Notes under the pieces: model-generated | Seen by the model: the letters and a program-made list of their open reading frames with translations, nothing else | Databases searched by the model: none | What the model was told of the DNA's origin: nothing | Position numbers and translations under genes: made by a program | In this document: positions 11,490 through 23,195 of the stretch, piece after piece | How positions within the stretch are numbered: the stretch's first letter is position 1 | Layout of the letters: every line of letters starts with the position of its first letter | Source of the DNA: Raillietiella orientalis | Lineage: Eukaryota | Length of the DNA: 64,000 bases | Assembly: GCA_036172245.1 (NCBI GenBank) | Contig: JAYWIR010000007.1 | Span: 4,278,001 to 4,342,000, forward strand | Direction: 5' to 3'

Positions 11490-14060
11490 TTTCTTCTACA
11501 AAAAATAAATGAACCGGTTCGGTTGCGAACACTATGGTTCCCAACCGAAGACAAAAGAACTTCAAGGGTCCACTGACACGCAGGCCGGGATATCGAAAAG
11601 TTCGGAACGGGGAGGGGTATTGGGGACCACAAAATTAATTCAAAAAAACACCAGGGAGTTACGGAACGAACGGGGATGGGGAATGAGGGGAAAAAAGAAT
11701 AAAAAAAAGAGGCAGAGGGCAAGGGTTACCGGTGTCCGCAGTTCCTAGTTCTCCTCAAACCGGTTCTGCATGCCGGAGATCCCTTACTTCACTTCTTATA
11801 CCAGGTGAGACCACCTTGAGGACCTCCTGCATGTAGGCAGCTACCATCCCGGTGACCTCCCTTTGCTGCGTGATCGTCTCGAGCACATGGAGGGCCATGG
11901 AGGCCTGCATCCGTGCCATCGCACGGATGCAGCCCATGGTCCGCGCCAGTCCGGGAGTCCTCCCGTCGATAAGAACCGCCTCATCGGGTCGAAGGCGGTG
12001 TCCTCCTGGTGCAGGAGAGCTGCTGCCAGCCTCTGGCACAGTTCCATGAGGGCGCCGCAGTCCAGGATCAGGTGCGGCAGGATCAATTCCGCCGACCCCG
12101 CACCTGGCGCCGTTCGGGGGTGCAGCCCCTGAGGAAACGCGGTCGACTGCTCGTTGCACTGGAATGTCCAGCGGAGGAAGAGCAGCACGGCCTACTTCCA
12201 GGAGAGGGTAAACACTGAAGTGTCCAAACAATATGGAAGGGACTGCGAGTTCGTCGGGGCAACACTCAAAAGTTGAGTCTCCACGGTAGGAGTCCCGTCA
12301 CCAAAGCACGCCGAGTGGCAGCATTCTCCAAATCGCGCGTCTTCCAGCCTCCAAGGAGTTTCGTCCATCCCGCGATGATGCAGGAAAAATTCCTTCTCCC
12401 TGTCGTCTCTTGCCTTGAGGGCACACAGCGCTGCTACGAGGGGTGTGCAACGGCCAGGGTTTACCACTCCACCACGTCGTGCATTGCCACTTCCAGAAGC
12501 TGTGGCAACAGATGTCGCAGGGGGCAAAGATCTTCAGCGCTCATTCGTGGAATGTAGCCCAGGACTCAACAGTCTCCTGCCGCCAATCATTAAAGTTCGT
12601 TGGGCGGCAGGAGATCCACGGTTGGGCTTCCAGTAGGCAGGCGAGTTGCCTCAGGAGGAAGCCGGATCCCCGCATCCTGTAGCAGGAGCCCCCCTTCACT
12701 GCCGGTGCATCTCCGCAGGACGAAGCGTGCTGGCACACACAAGGGGGAAGTACACAGCTTGGCTCAGAGTGCCAGAATTTGGAACGGCACTTGCAGCCCG
12801 ATTCTCTCCAGCGTCAGGATGCCCAAGTCGACATCCCGTCACGGAGCCGCCAAGTCTTTGAGGCGGATACTAGACCTCTCAGGTCCCCCGTTTCTCAGCA
12901 GGCGTTGAACCCGCAGCTTTGCTTCGTAGGGGGGCTATGAAGATGCTCCAAATTACAGCCCGTTCCGCAATTTGAAGTTGCCATGGAGGAACGGGCTGAG
13001 AGCCAACTCAACCTTCTGAAGGCAGTCCGACCACGCTTCGGCAGCACTGAAGACGCCCAGTGGAACACCAAGGTACCTTAAGTACCTGCCCGTCGGGACC
13101 TGCAGGCGGACCCAGCCGGACTGCCCCCCATGGCGCACCCCTCTTGCTCCTGCTCACATGCACGCACGCTCCTCGACGAATAGGCTCGAAGACATCCTTG
13201 AAGCTGGACGCCAGAGCGGACATGCGTAAAAGGAGAAACAGGTCGTCTTCAAAGGCCTCCACGGCCAGTGTGCCCGGGCAGGAGCCTGGCAGGTTAGCCA
13301 GCATCAGCCTATACGCTCTGGTTACCAACTCGAAGTAGATGCAGAAGAAAAAGGGGCTTAAACTGTCTCTTTGCCTGATGCCCCTGCGCACGGGAATACC
13401 GCACACGTGGCAGCCGCTGAAAGAAACACAGGTCAGCGCGCGGCGCCAGCAGGAGCTCAGGTAGACTGAGAAGTGTGCTAGAAGACCGAGGCGTCCTAAG
13501 AGATACAGAAGAAGCTCCTAGTTGACGTAGTCGAGCACCCCGTGGAGATCGACTGCGATCGCCAAGGCACCGGGCGTTCCCTCTTGCCGTCTACGCCGAC
13601 TACGCTTGCCTGCGGTAGCAGCTCTTTCCGTTGCCAGGCTTTGCTGTGCGACCCAATCCTGAAGCGCGAGCCACCTACGTGCGCAAAGGAGGATGGCATC
13701 CCCGGACCGCAACGTGAGTCTGCTCCGGACTTACCAGGAACTCGGCGATCCTTCCTAGCCGCGCAACCCACAGCTTCGAAAACAACCTGACGTCCGAGTT
13801 CACCAAGGTGATCGGACGCCAGTTGTTCACATGGAGCAAGTCTCCGCCTTTCGTCAGGAGACGCACCTTCGCTGAGCGAAACGAGGTGGGGATATCTCCC
13901 GCCTCCCTCATCAGCGACGAGAGGTTCAGCACTAGGGGGATGAGTTCCACCGCGAAGCACTGAGAGAACTATGCGGGCAGGTCATCCTCGCCTGGCGCCT
14001 TCGTCTCTTGAGCCCCGCGAGGTTTCCCAGGGAGACGGGTGCCTTCCGGAGGAGAAGGGT
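11490..14060 (-). mobile_element. Decayed L1/Tx1-clade non-LTR retrotransposon with RT domain and C-terminal zinc finger, subfamily 1 (copy D)
   Basis: Ordered RT motifs across stops and frameshifts: KAPGEDDLP, NNWRPITLVNSDVRLFSK, AIAVDLHGVLDYVN, GIRQRDSLSPFFFCIYFE, AFEDDLFLL, LRYLGVPLG, then LPHLILDC..LLHQEDTA. T-rich 3' UTR with hairpin at 11518-11549. Confidence 0.93.
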
Positions 14061-16539
14061 GATGCCCCTCTTTCTGTGCACCGCTGCCACATGAGGGAGG
14101 GTCGAGAGAGCTGTGCAGCCCGGTCCTCTTGACACCCTCTGTTCCATCCCTCCCGTTCCGCAAGAGAGGAAGAAGGAGAAGGGGACAGGACTTCTCTCCA
14201 GGGGAAGAGGAGGAAATGCCCCTTCCCCCCCCTTTTCGAAGTCGCCCCCAGGGTTCCCGGAGCGAGAGGCCGGAAATTTTCCCCGGGACCCACGAGCGAG
14301 CATCTCCCTTGTCTCCTCCTTCGAAAGCGGAGTGGACGGAGGGTCGGGAGGGTCACTTCGCCGTTCCTTCCAGCGCGCTCTCCACCCCACCCCCATCGGC
14401 AGGTCCAGACCGGAAGCTCCAGGGGTTGAGGGTCTCAGGACAGCTGACTCGGCACCCGCACCCTACCCACCCTCGGGGAAGTCTCCGGGTCGCGTGGAGC
14501 CCTCCTGGATGACGGCGGATACGGCCCGGGAACTCCATGAGCTTCCATTCCACCTGCCGCGCTCCGAGTCTCCCAGGAGAGGTCTGGACACCGACTCTGC
14601 TGATGCAACTTCGAAAAGGAGGGGAAACTCAAGGCGCGGAGGGTCCCTGGGAGGAGGGTGGCCATATTACCCCCCCTCCCTTTTCTTTATCCCCCCCGGA
14701 CAGGGAAGCGCTCCCCGTTCTTCCCTCGGGGAACTCATGGGACGTTCCCTAGGCCATCCCCTGACTCCTCTCCCTCCTCCCTGCTCCACTGGTGCTCGCC
14801 TCCACCGCCCTCCCAAACGAGAAAGGGAGTCCCGGCGTCGCGCTAACCCCCTCTTCCTTCCTCCAAGAAGGGATGTTCTCACGATCGGGGGACGCGAGTC
14901 TCTTCCCCGAAGACGCCCGAAGGCACCTCGAGGAATCGTCCGGGAGCTCCTCCTGGAGGCGAAAGCGCCCCTCCTTCTTTGTGAGCACGACGTTCACACG
15001 GAGCGGGGGACGCGCGAGTGGAGGGGGAGGGGGGAGACGACACCCCCTCCCTCCTCACACTCCCACGGAAGGCCGCATCGCGGGAGAGCCGGGGGACCCG
15101 CGCCCTCAGCGGTGGAGGCGTCCCGCGTCCCGCGAGCCCCTCCTTTCTGCCTCGGAACAAAAAAAAAAAAAAAAAAGCGCCCGTGGGGAGGCGGAGGGGC
15201 GTCCGGGGTCGCAGACGCACCTGCACGCGCGAGTGCGCGCGCCGGCGGGCGCGTCCGCCCTCCGAGACGGCGGAGGAGCAGCGGCGTCCCCGCAAGCACC
15301 TGCTCCTCGCGCGCGCGCCCGAGGGGAGCGGCAGGGGGGGGGGGGAAAGGAGAAGCCGCAGCCACCCCCATCCCCAGCCCACCACCCCTAGCGAAGCCGC
15401 GGGAACGCCGGCCCGGGGCGGGAGGTCCCGGTCTCTTTCCGGGAAGGGCGCGCCGCCGTCTCCGGGATAGCGAGCGGGCGGGTGGAGGGGCCCGTGCTCC
15501 GTCCTATGGTGTCCACTCTGGGGCTCCCGGGCGCCTCCTCCTGACGGCCAGGGTTGAACGCACGCGGGCGCGGAAAGACAAAGGGCGCTGGCGGCGGGAG
15601 GGGCGCGCGGGGAAACAAAGGAAGCGCGGGGCAGCCGAGAAGAAAGGGAGAGGAGAAGCGGGAAGGGACCAGGAGGGGGTAGGCGGGAGGAGGGGAGGAG
15701 AAGGCGCGACCTTTTGTTTCCAGGCAACCGGACGGACGCGGCCAGCGTTGCCCTCGGGTTGCTGGGTTGCCCGTCGCTTCCCGTCTTCGCCGGCGCGTCA
15801 GGGGAAGGAGGAGGAGCAGAGGTCTGGGAGGAACGAGCGCGCACGCTCTGCCCCCTCCGAGCCCAGTGGTCCGGGACGAGGCATCGCCCCGGCAAAGAGG
15901 AGCTCCGCTTCCTCCGAAGCGCGCGCTCGACGCCACTGCGTTGGACGGGAAGCGGAAAGGGAAAGGCAAGCATGGAGAGGCAGACAGGACCACTGCCCCC
16001 CCCCCTCGTGCCTCTCGCCAGGAATGCCTCTGCTGCTGCGACGACGGCGCGTCCCCGGGACGCTCCGATCCTCAGCCACCCTCAGACTGGGGGCAAGGGG
16101 TCGAGGTCGCGGACGGAGACCCCTTGGAGAGAGATCCAAGCCAAGGGAGCTCGCGGCGGAAGGTGGTCACCGGACCGACTCGTGGGCGGGGATTAGCCCC
16201 CGGAGGAAGGGGAGGGTGTTGGGGCCCGGCGGAGCACCTCGGAGAAACCCGCTCCTCGGACGGTGCTTCCTGCGGCCTCTCCTCATTCCAGGAGGGGGCA
16301 TACTCCTCGGAGGTGACCTCTCGAAGGGGTTGAGCCTGTGGGTGAGTGGGCAGAAGAGGAGTTGGGCAAGAGCACTGCACCCGGGCAGGACGACAGGTGC
16401 GTAGGGAGCCGGGAGCAGCAGCAGCACTTGCCCTTTGCTCCCAGACGCCCTCTCGAAAGGGAGGGCCGTTGGAAAGCGCCGCAAGGGGCAAGAAGACCCA
16501 CGGACTAGTGGAGTGAACCTACGGCGACCGCCCACGAAG

Positions 16540-17452
16540 AAGGATGGGAGCGAGTGGGACGACGCGCATGGAGGATGGGGGTCTACGAGCGAGGGATCGC
16601 GACCCCCGCCCTCCGCGCTCTCCAGGAAGAGGGCGCTTGCCGAGAGTGCGGAGGGAAAAAGTTCTTGCCCCTCCCCGACGCCCCACAATCCCCGAGGCGA
16701 CTGTTTTTACACGGGGGATTCCATTGTAATCGGCAGCGAAGCATCGTTTCCGGGGGAGCTGCTTCGCCAAACTGTTTGAGGTGCGGAGAGATCGAGTCTT
16801 TTCCGCACCTCTTGCTGGACTGCGGTAACTTCCGTGAACTGCGGCGAAGGCCGATTTCAGCCATCATGCCGCAGGGAGGCACCGCCATGGATGTGCTGCG
16901 ACACTTCTTCAGCAGGAATGGACTTTCGGTAGGCGTGATTGTCGCAACCATGTATTGCATTCGCGCCATCGTCAAGGCCCGCCGCTACGCCCTGGAGTTG
17001 TCAGCGCAGCGAAGGGAGGCACACCTGCTTGCAGCTGAATACATGGAGAAGGCTGCAAGGTGGCCTCATCTTCGTGACGAGGTGAAAGAGGACATCGCCT
17101 GCATCCATCGCCGGTTTACAAACTCTTCAGACCGTCGTAATCCGGTGACCCCTGTGACCTCTCGCCCACCTATATCCCATCCCCGTTCGCTCTGTTGAAC
17201 TCCCGGTGCTATTACTTATATCCCGGTGCCTTCCAGAGCAAGTCCAAAGACCCTTGTCCCGATCTCCCCCATTCATTGTTTTTCTTTTGTTTTTATCTGT
17301 TTCTTTTCCCCGACCCCACACACCGTTCCGAACTCTGTTATTCCGGCCTGCGTTCCAGGAAAATTCTCTTGATCCTTGTCCAGTCGTCGGTTGGGAGCCT
17401 GGTTCCCAACTGGTTTATTTTGTATAATTTTCTTAATCTTATATGGAATAAA
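16540..17452 (+). mobile_element. L1/Tx1-like ORF2 3' fragment, subfamily 1 (copy E)
   Basis: ORF 16554-17198 has LHGGFHCNRQRSIVSGGAASPNCLRCGEIESFPHLLLDC. UTR CCAAAGACCC, hairpin at 17388-17412, AATAAA at 17447-17452. Confidence 0.88.
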
Positions 17453-20400
17453 CACCCCGCCGTGACCATGTGAGAAATCCTCGAGGAGGGATCGCCCTCC
17501 CTTCTCAGAATTTTCGCATCACCTCGAAGGGGGCGTCCTCCCCCTCCCTGCGTGAAGTTTCTCATCCCGCGGGCGCCATGCTGACGTCGCGCTCATGGAG
17601 CGCGCCCAGGAGCTTTCAGAGGGAACCCTGCTGGCGCTCCGAGCTCCCCGGCAGGACTTCTCGCGCGCTCCCTGTCTCCGGCGGGGGCCCGCGAGTCAGC
17701 TGCTCCGCACTTCCTTCGCTCCTAACCCCTCGCGCGCGAGCTCCGGCAGCCGCCCTCTTGGGAGTGGCCCGGAGCTGTAAAGGGACGCAGCGAGGGTGGA
17801 GAAGGGTGGGCAGCGGGCGCGCGGGTCCTCCTGGAAGCGAAGGAGCGGCCTTCAGGCTGGCGGGGGTGCCTGCGGGCGATCTGACGTCAGCAGGGCGGAA
17901 CGAACGCTCCCTGGCAGGGTCGAGGTCATAGGCGACGCCGCAGACCGGTGGGCAGTCACTTGGCGCCGCAGCACCACCCTGTGACCCAGGGAGTGGGCCT
18001 CCCCGAGGGACGTGCCGTGGCGGTCACCTCTGTCCCTCCCGAGAGAACCGCCTCCCCGCCTCCTCGTTAACGCCCTCCTTCGATCCGCTTCGGGCTGCCT
18101 TGGTGGCGGGTAGTCAGCGTGTACCCCTGCAGGGGAAGTCCACTCCTCCTTCCCGACTGAGCGGACCGCGACTGGACACCCGGAGGGGATGGCAACCGCT
18201 CGCGAGGCGAGCGGAGGGCTCGACCGCGCGCCAGGGGCTCGGGTGAGACGCGGGATGGGCTTGCCCCGAAGGTGGTGTACGGGACGCCGCCCTTCCCATT
18301 CCTCCCCCCTCCCCGATCGCACCGATCGCGGGGGGGCAGGTCGATGCAGCATTCGAGCCGTGGGGCCGTCCCTCCCGACGACGCGACCCGGCAACGGGAG
18401 AAAGTAGCGCCGCGCGGCGACTCCGCGTCCTTCGCCTGCGCCCGGAGGGTCCGAGGAGACGCCGGTGGTCGCCTCATGCACCGCCCCCTTCCTCCTCCCT
18501 CCCCCGAAAAGGGCAGCGGGCTAGAGCAGAGCACACACCCCTGGACAACCTCCTCACCGGGACTCACTGGGAGTAACGAATAGAGTGAGCGGGAGGCGGG
18601 GCCGTGGGGCTCGTCCTCGGGAGAAATCTCCGCCACGGGAGTGGATCGGGGACACTCCAGGAGGAAGACGGCAGCTCCAGGCCACTCGCTCTCTCGGGGA
18701 CATCCTCCTGGAAACCGCGCCCTGCGGTGGTCCCTCGGTCACTGCCCCGACCCCCTCGGGAGCTCGACGGAGGACACTTCGGCGCGGGAGGGGTCAGAAG
18801 ATGCTCGCTCTCCCCGGAAGCCACCGGTCAGGTCTCCCTCCGCTCCCTTCCTTGCCCGGGGCTGCCAGTCCCTCCCTCCGTGAAGCGGGAGGACCCGGCG
18901 GCGAGCCGGGAGGTCGCCACCCGCGCCAGCGATGATCGATCGCTCCCCTCCCCCCTCCCGCCGCCGCGAGAGAGCTCCCCCTCGTGGGGGAGGGGGGACA
19001 ATGGGAGTTTGATTTGCCCGGACAGATCGTCCGTCATCCCGGGAGGGGACCGTCCTCGGGGCTGCTGCCGCACCCTTGCTCCCCCTTCTTTCCTCCCGCT
19101 CCTCGCCCTCTCCAGGACCGCGCAGGCGCTCCCCTCGCCTGCGGCTGGCCGAGTGCCGCCGGCATCGAGCGCGCGCGCCAGTGGGGCGGCAGGGAGCGCC
19201 ACGCAGTCGTCCTCTCAGTGGCAGAGGTCACCCCCGAGATAGGTGGTCACGGCCTCGCTTCCCTCCCCCTCGCCCCCGGGCGCTCTCGGGGTGCCCGAGA
19301 GGGCGCCTCTGTCCTCCAAGAGAGAGGAGAAGCCGCCTTCCGGGAAGAGTCGCCCGCCTCGCTTCGTCGCCCTCTGTCCTGTTCCCCCCCCATCCGGAGA
19401 CCGCCGCGTCCCGCCATCCCCACGACTTGCTTCTCCAGGAGGAGGAGGAGAGAGGCGGGAAGGGCTCCCTGGAGAGGAGGAGGATTTTTTTTTTCCTGGG
19501 GACCGGATGGCTAATCGGAGAACTGTCCCGAGCAGAGACCGGGGGGGAGGGGGAGCAGCCGGGAAGGAGGGAGGAGGACGACGGGAGTTGGTGTTCCCGG
19601 GAGAGCAGCTCGCGCTCAGGGACACGGAGGTCGAAGGCCCCAGGCAGTTTCCGGGGAGAAGCCCCAGGAAGGACGGGGAGGAGAAGCTGGAAAGGAGGAC
19701 GGGGGGAGGGGAGGGCACCCCTTCCTCGCCCAAGAGGGAAAAAGTTTCCCACCGGGAAGCCCCGCTGCCCGGTGGACCACCCAGGTCGACGGAAACGCCC
19801 CCCAGCATCCCACGGAGCAGCTCTCACGGAGAGCCTCCGTTCCGGGGGAGGGACGTCCGTTCCGCGAACGCTTCCCTGCAGTGGAGGAGGGAAGGGGGCG
19901 AACCCCTCCTCGGGGGCTCCCTCGGCCGCGCGGCTCGCAGGACGACTACAGGCTACAGGAGCTGCAAGGGGCCGCCCTGGGAACGGCCAGCGGTGCTCCG
20001 GGGAACTCAGAGAGGCTCGATCCATTTGCCTCCTCCCCCCCGGGGGTGGGGGGAAGGCACTCCCATCCATCGCCCTGCCCCCGAGCTGCGCACACCCCCG
20101 CGGCTTCCTGGACGGGACTCTGCCAGAAAGGCCTTGCGCCGCGTCCTCCTACTCCGAAGAGAACAAAGGTGCCCTGGGGCGTCCCCCTTCGTTTCGGCTG
20201 ACAGACCCATGCAGGGGCGGCGGCGAGGACGCACCCTGCCCTGCCTCGATGGGGAGCAGGTCAATCCCCTTTTTGCTGTTCCGTTCATCCGTGCGTGCGA
20301 CCTCCCTTGGCCGGCGCGCGTGACAGCCTACACAGGCAAGAGCTGAACTGTGCAGCCTCTCACGGTCTCCTGCCAACTGGGAGAGGGAGGGGAGGTGGCG

Positions 20401-22572
20401 CCTCCACGGGGCGTGCCGCACCCCGTGGACAGCCTCGTCCGAGCTGCCGCTCGTGCGGGGGCGTAAGGCTCCCTTCCGTCCCTTCCCGAGAGTCTCCCAG
20501 ATCTCGGATTCCGCCGGAGGCGTGGAAAGGAGTGCGCGCGCGTGACTTCCTCCGGTGCTAGAGGAAAGGGTCCATCTCGCTGGCCAGGGAGGTGGGAGCA
20601 ACGGATCGGCCTCCTCCGGAGGAGGCTCGGAGACCCCGCTCGAGGCAAAAGGGCGCGGGGACTGGGAGCAAAAAGAGGAGGAAGGGGAGAGAGAGAGGGA
20701 GGGGGGGGCTCCCTAGAGTCGCTCCGCATTTGCTCCGTCGCCGCGCGCAGGCGATGTCGGGGAAAGGAGGAAGCGCGCGCAGCCCACACACCAACAGCCG
20801 CGCACCTTCGATCGAAGGCGAGATACTGCCGGATCGCGGCAGTTAGGCGGCCCAACAATGCAGCGAGCAAGAGGTGACGCAAGCGGCGCGGTCGCGCGCG
20901 ACAAGCGCGCCGCGGCGGCGGGGGGAGGAACGCAGCCGTGACGCGATGGGGTCGCCACCAGCGAGTTGAGGTTTCCTCCGCCTCGGGACGAGAGAACACA
21001 CGCGAGGCCGGGGTCAGCCAGAACTTCCACCCGCAGGAGTAGAGGGGAAAGGGGCTCGCAGGGAACTTCGGGAGCGGGTGCTGCCGCTACCCCACTCCCG
21101 GTCCCGCGAGCCCCCTTCTCCAGCGAGCAGCTCGTCCCCCTGCAAAAAATTCGGCTCGGCCGCGGGAGCAGCACTGAGGTTCAGCTCGATGAGGTCCACG
21201 CAAGGAACCGCGCGGAGAAGACTCGGGAGGGGGCAAACCCCTGCATGAATTCCAGCGTCGAGATTTCCGGGAACTAAATTTAGAATTTGACCTTTGCGAT
21301 GCGGAGAGACGAATAAATTTAACTCCGATTATTGAGATGTCACTCAAGTGCTCCCGGGACCTACTGGTTAACGGGGAAGAGGAGAGGAGCATCTTGATGG
21401 CTTGGCATGGGAAGGATTCGAGTCGTCGCGCGCGCCACCTCCGCGCCCGCAGCAGTTCGGCCGGTTCCTCTGGACCACTCGGGCTTGGGGATGCTCGGGA
21501 CGGAAGAGCAGGTGCGGGAGCGCTTCACCCGCGGCGGGAGCCGCCAGGGAAGAGCGAACGGAGGCTGCAGCTTTCTTGACCTCCACGGCTTACTTTCCGC
21601 CGAAACAAAGGAAGGATTAAAGGGTTTTCCCTCCCAAGACAATTTCTAGGAGCGCGAGGCGCGCTACAGTTACTTCTGTCAGGAGACCTTCCGAGAGAAA
21701 AGGATCGCTTCGGGAAATGAGGGGATAACGCACCACGAGGGAAATTTCCAGGGGACTCCCTGCTCCCGCGTGAGCAAACAAAAGCCCATGGTTTTTTCGT
21801 GCTCCCTGCAGGAAGAGAGCGCGCGGTGTTCCGAGTTAAACAACTAGAAGATGGAGTGGTTGCTTCCAATTAGTCCCGGTGCGAATGTTTGGGGGAGCGT
21901 GGACAAAGGAACACGTTGCAGGCTGCAAAGAAATCCCAGCAATCAACGGGAGGAGAGAGGGAAAGGCAGAGGGAGAAGAGCGGGAGGGAGAGGGAAAGCG
22001 AAACGTACGGTTCGGGTGGGAGTCACCGAAGAAGAGCGTTCCCCCGTGGCGCCTCCCCGCGCGCGTGTCGTCCACGGGGCGGCGAGGTGCGCGGCCCCGC
22101 TTCCGCGCAGCGGTCGCTCGCACGCTGCGCGCGCCTTGCCCACGAGCGACGACGCTCCAGGTGAAACAGCCGGGCGCATGCGCAGGCACGCATCCCGGAG
22201 CTCGCAACGGGCCCTGCACGTAATGGGCCGCGCGAAACGCGATAATCGGCGGTGACAGACAGACGACGGAGGCGCTGCCGTGCCCGAAAGCGCCGCGGGC
22301 GTTGGTGCGCGCGCGCGTAGTCGCACGTCCCACAGCGATCCCGGGATGTGGCACGCAGGCGGCGGCGCGGGCGATTCTTTTCTTCTTCTTCTTCTTCTTC
22401 TTCCCCCCCCCCCCCCCCGCCCACCAGCACACGGTTCTGTGTTCGTGTGTGTGCACGGGCGGGCACGGAGGGCAACATGCGCAACAATGCGTGCCTGCGA
22501 CCGCATTGTTGGGCGCGTCATCTCAACATCATGTCCGCGGCGGCGAACCGTGCATGCACTCCCCCCCTCCAG

Positions 22573-22595
22573 TGTGTGTGTGTGTGTGTGTGTGT
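22573..22595. repeat. (TG)n microsatellite
   Basis: Direct reading of the sequence. Confidence 0.9.
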
Positions 22596-23081
22596 ATGTA
22601 TTTTCCGGAGCACATGTGCACGCACGCGGACACGTGCTTCCCCAGGAGGAGCAGTGCTGCCAAATGAGAGAGGCTCACGCCTTTTTTTCCCCCCTCCCTT
22701 TTACGAGCCCATTCGTGCCGGCGAAGGAACGGCAGTGTTTGGTGCTCTGCGTGGACGTACATGGGAATGTTTACCGCTGGATCGTCCATGAATGCTAAAA
22801 TCACGGAAGCTTTAATGAATCGCATTCAAAAGTCAGTTCGATTCCATATTTTCATGACACTTATAGTGGCGCCAATTTTCTTGTTCCTACCCTGCAGCGT
22901 TATAAAGCTGTAAAGCTACCTACATTTTTGTAACGGTTCCCTGAAACTGCTTGCAGCGTGGAGCTTCCCAAACAATTACGAAGCTTTTCTGAAAGCCAAA
23001 TGACCACCATAAAAAGACACAGATGTCCAGATAACTTGTAAATCATGAACTGATAGAACAAAAGAACGTTACTGAAAGCAT

Positions 23082-23195
23082 CTCTCCCTCTCTCTCTCTC
23101 CCTCTCCCTCTCTCTTTCTTCTTCTTCTTCTTCTTCTTCTTCTTCCTCCTCCTCTTCCTTTTTTTTTTTTTCCTTTTCCTTTTTTTTTTCCTCCT
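23082..23195. repeat. Compound pyrimidine tract (CT)n/(CTT)n/(CCT)n/poly-T
   Basis: Direct reading of the sequence. Confidence 0.9.

Noticed and set aside
14113..16404. 763-aa ORF
   Set aside because: R/G/P/A-rich, runs through poly-A and poly-G tracts, overlapped by ORFs in other frames, no domain motifs. A GC-composition artefact.
22888..22910. TACCCTGCAG resembling the miR-10 family 5' end
   Set aside because: The match stops after about 10 nt with a mismatch, and no precursor hairpin is evident.
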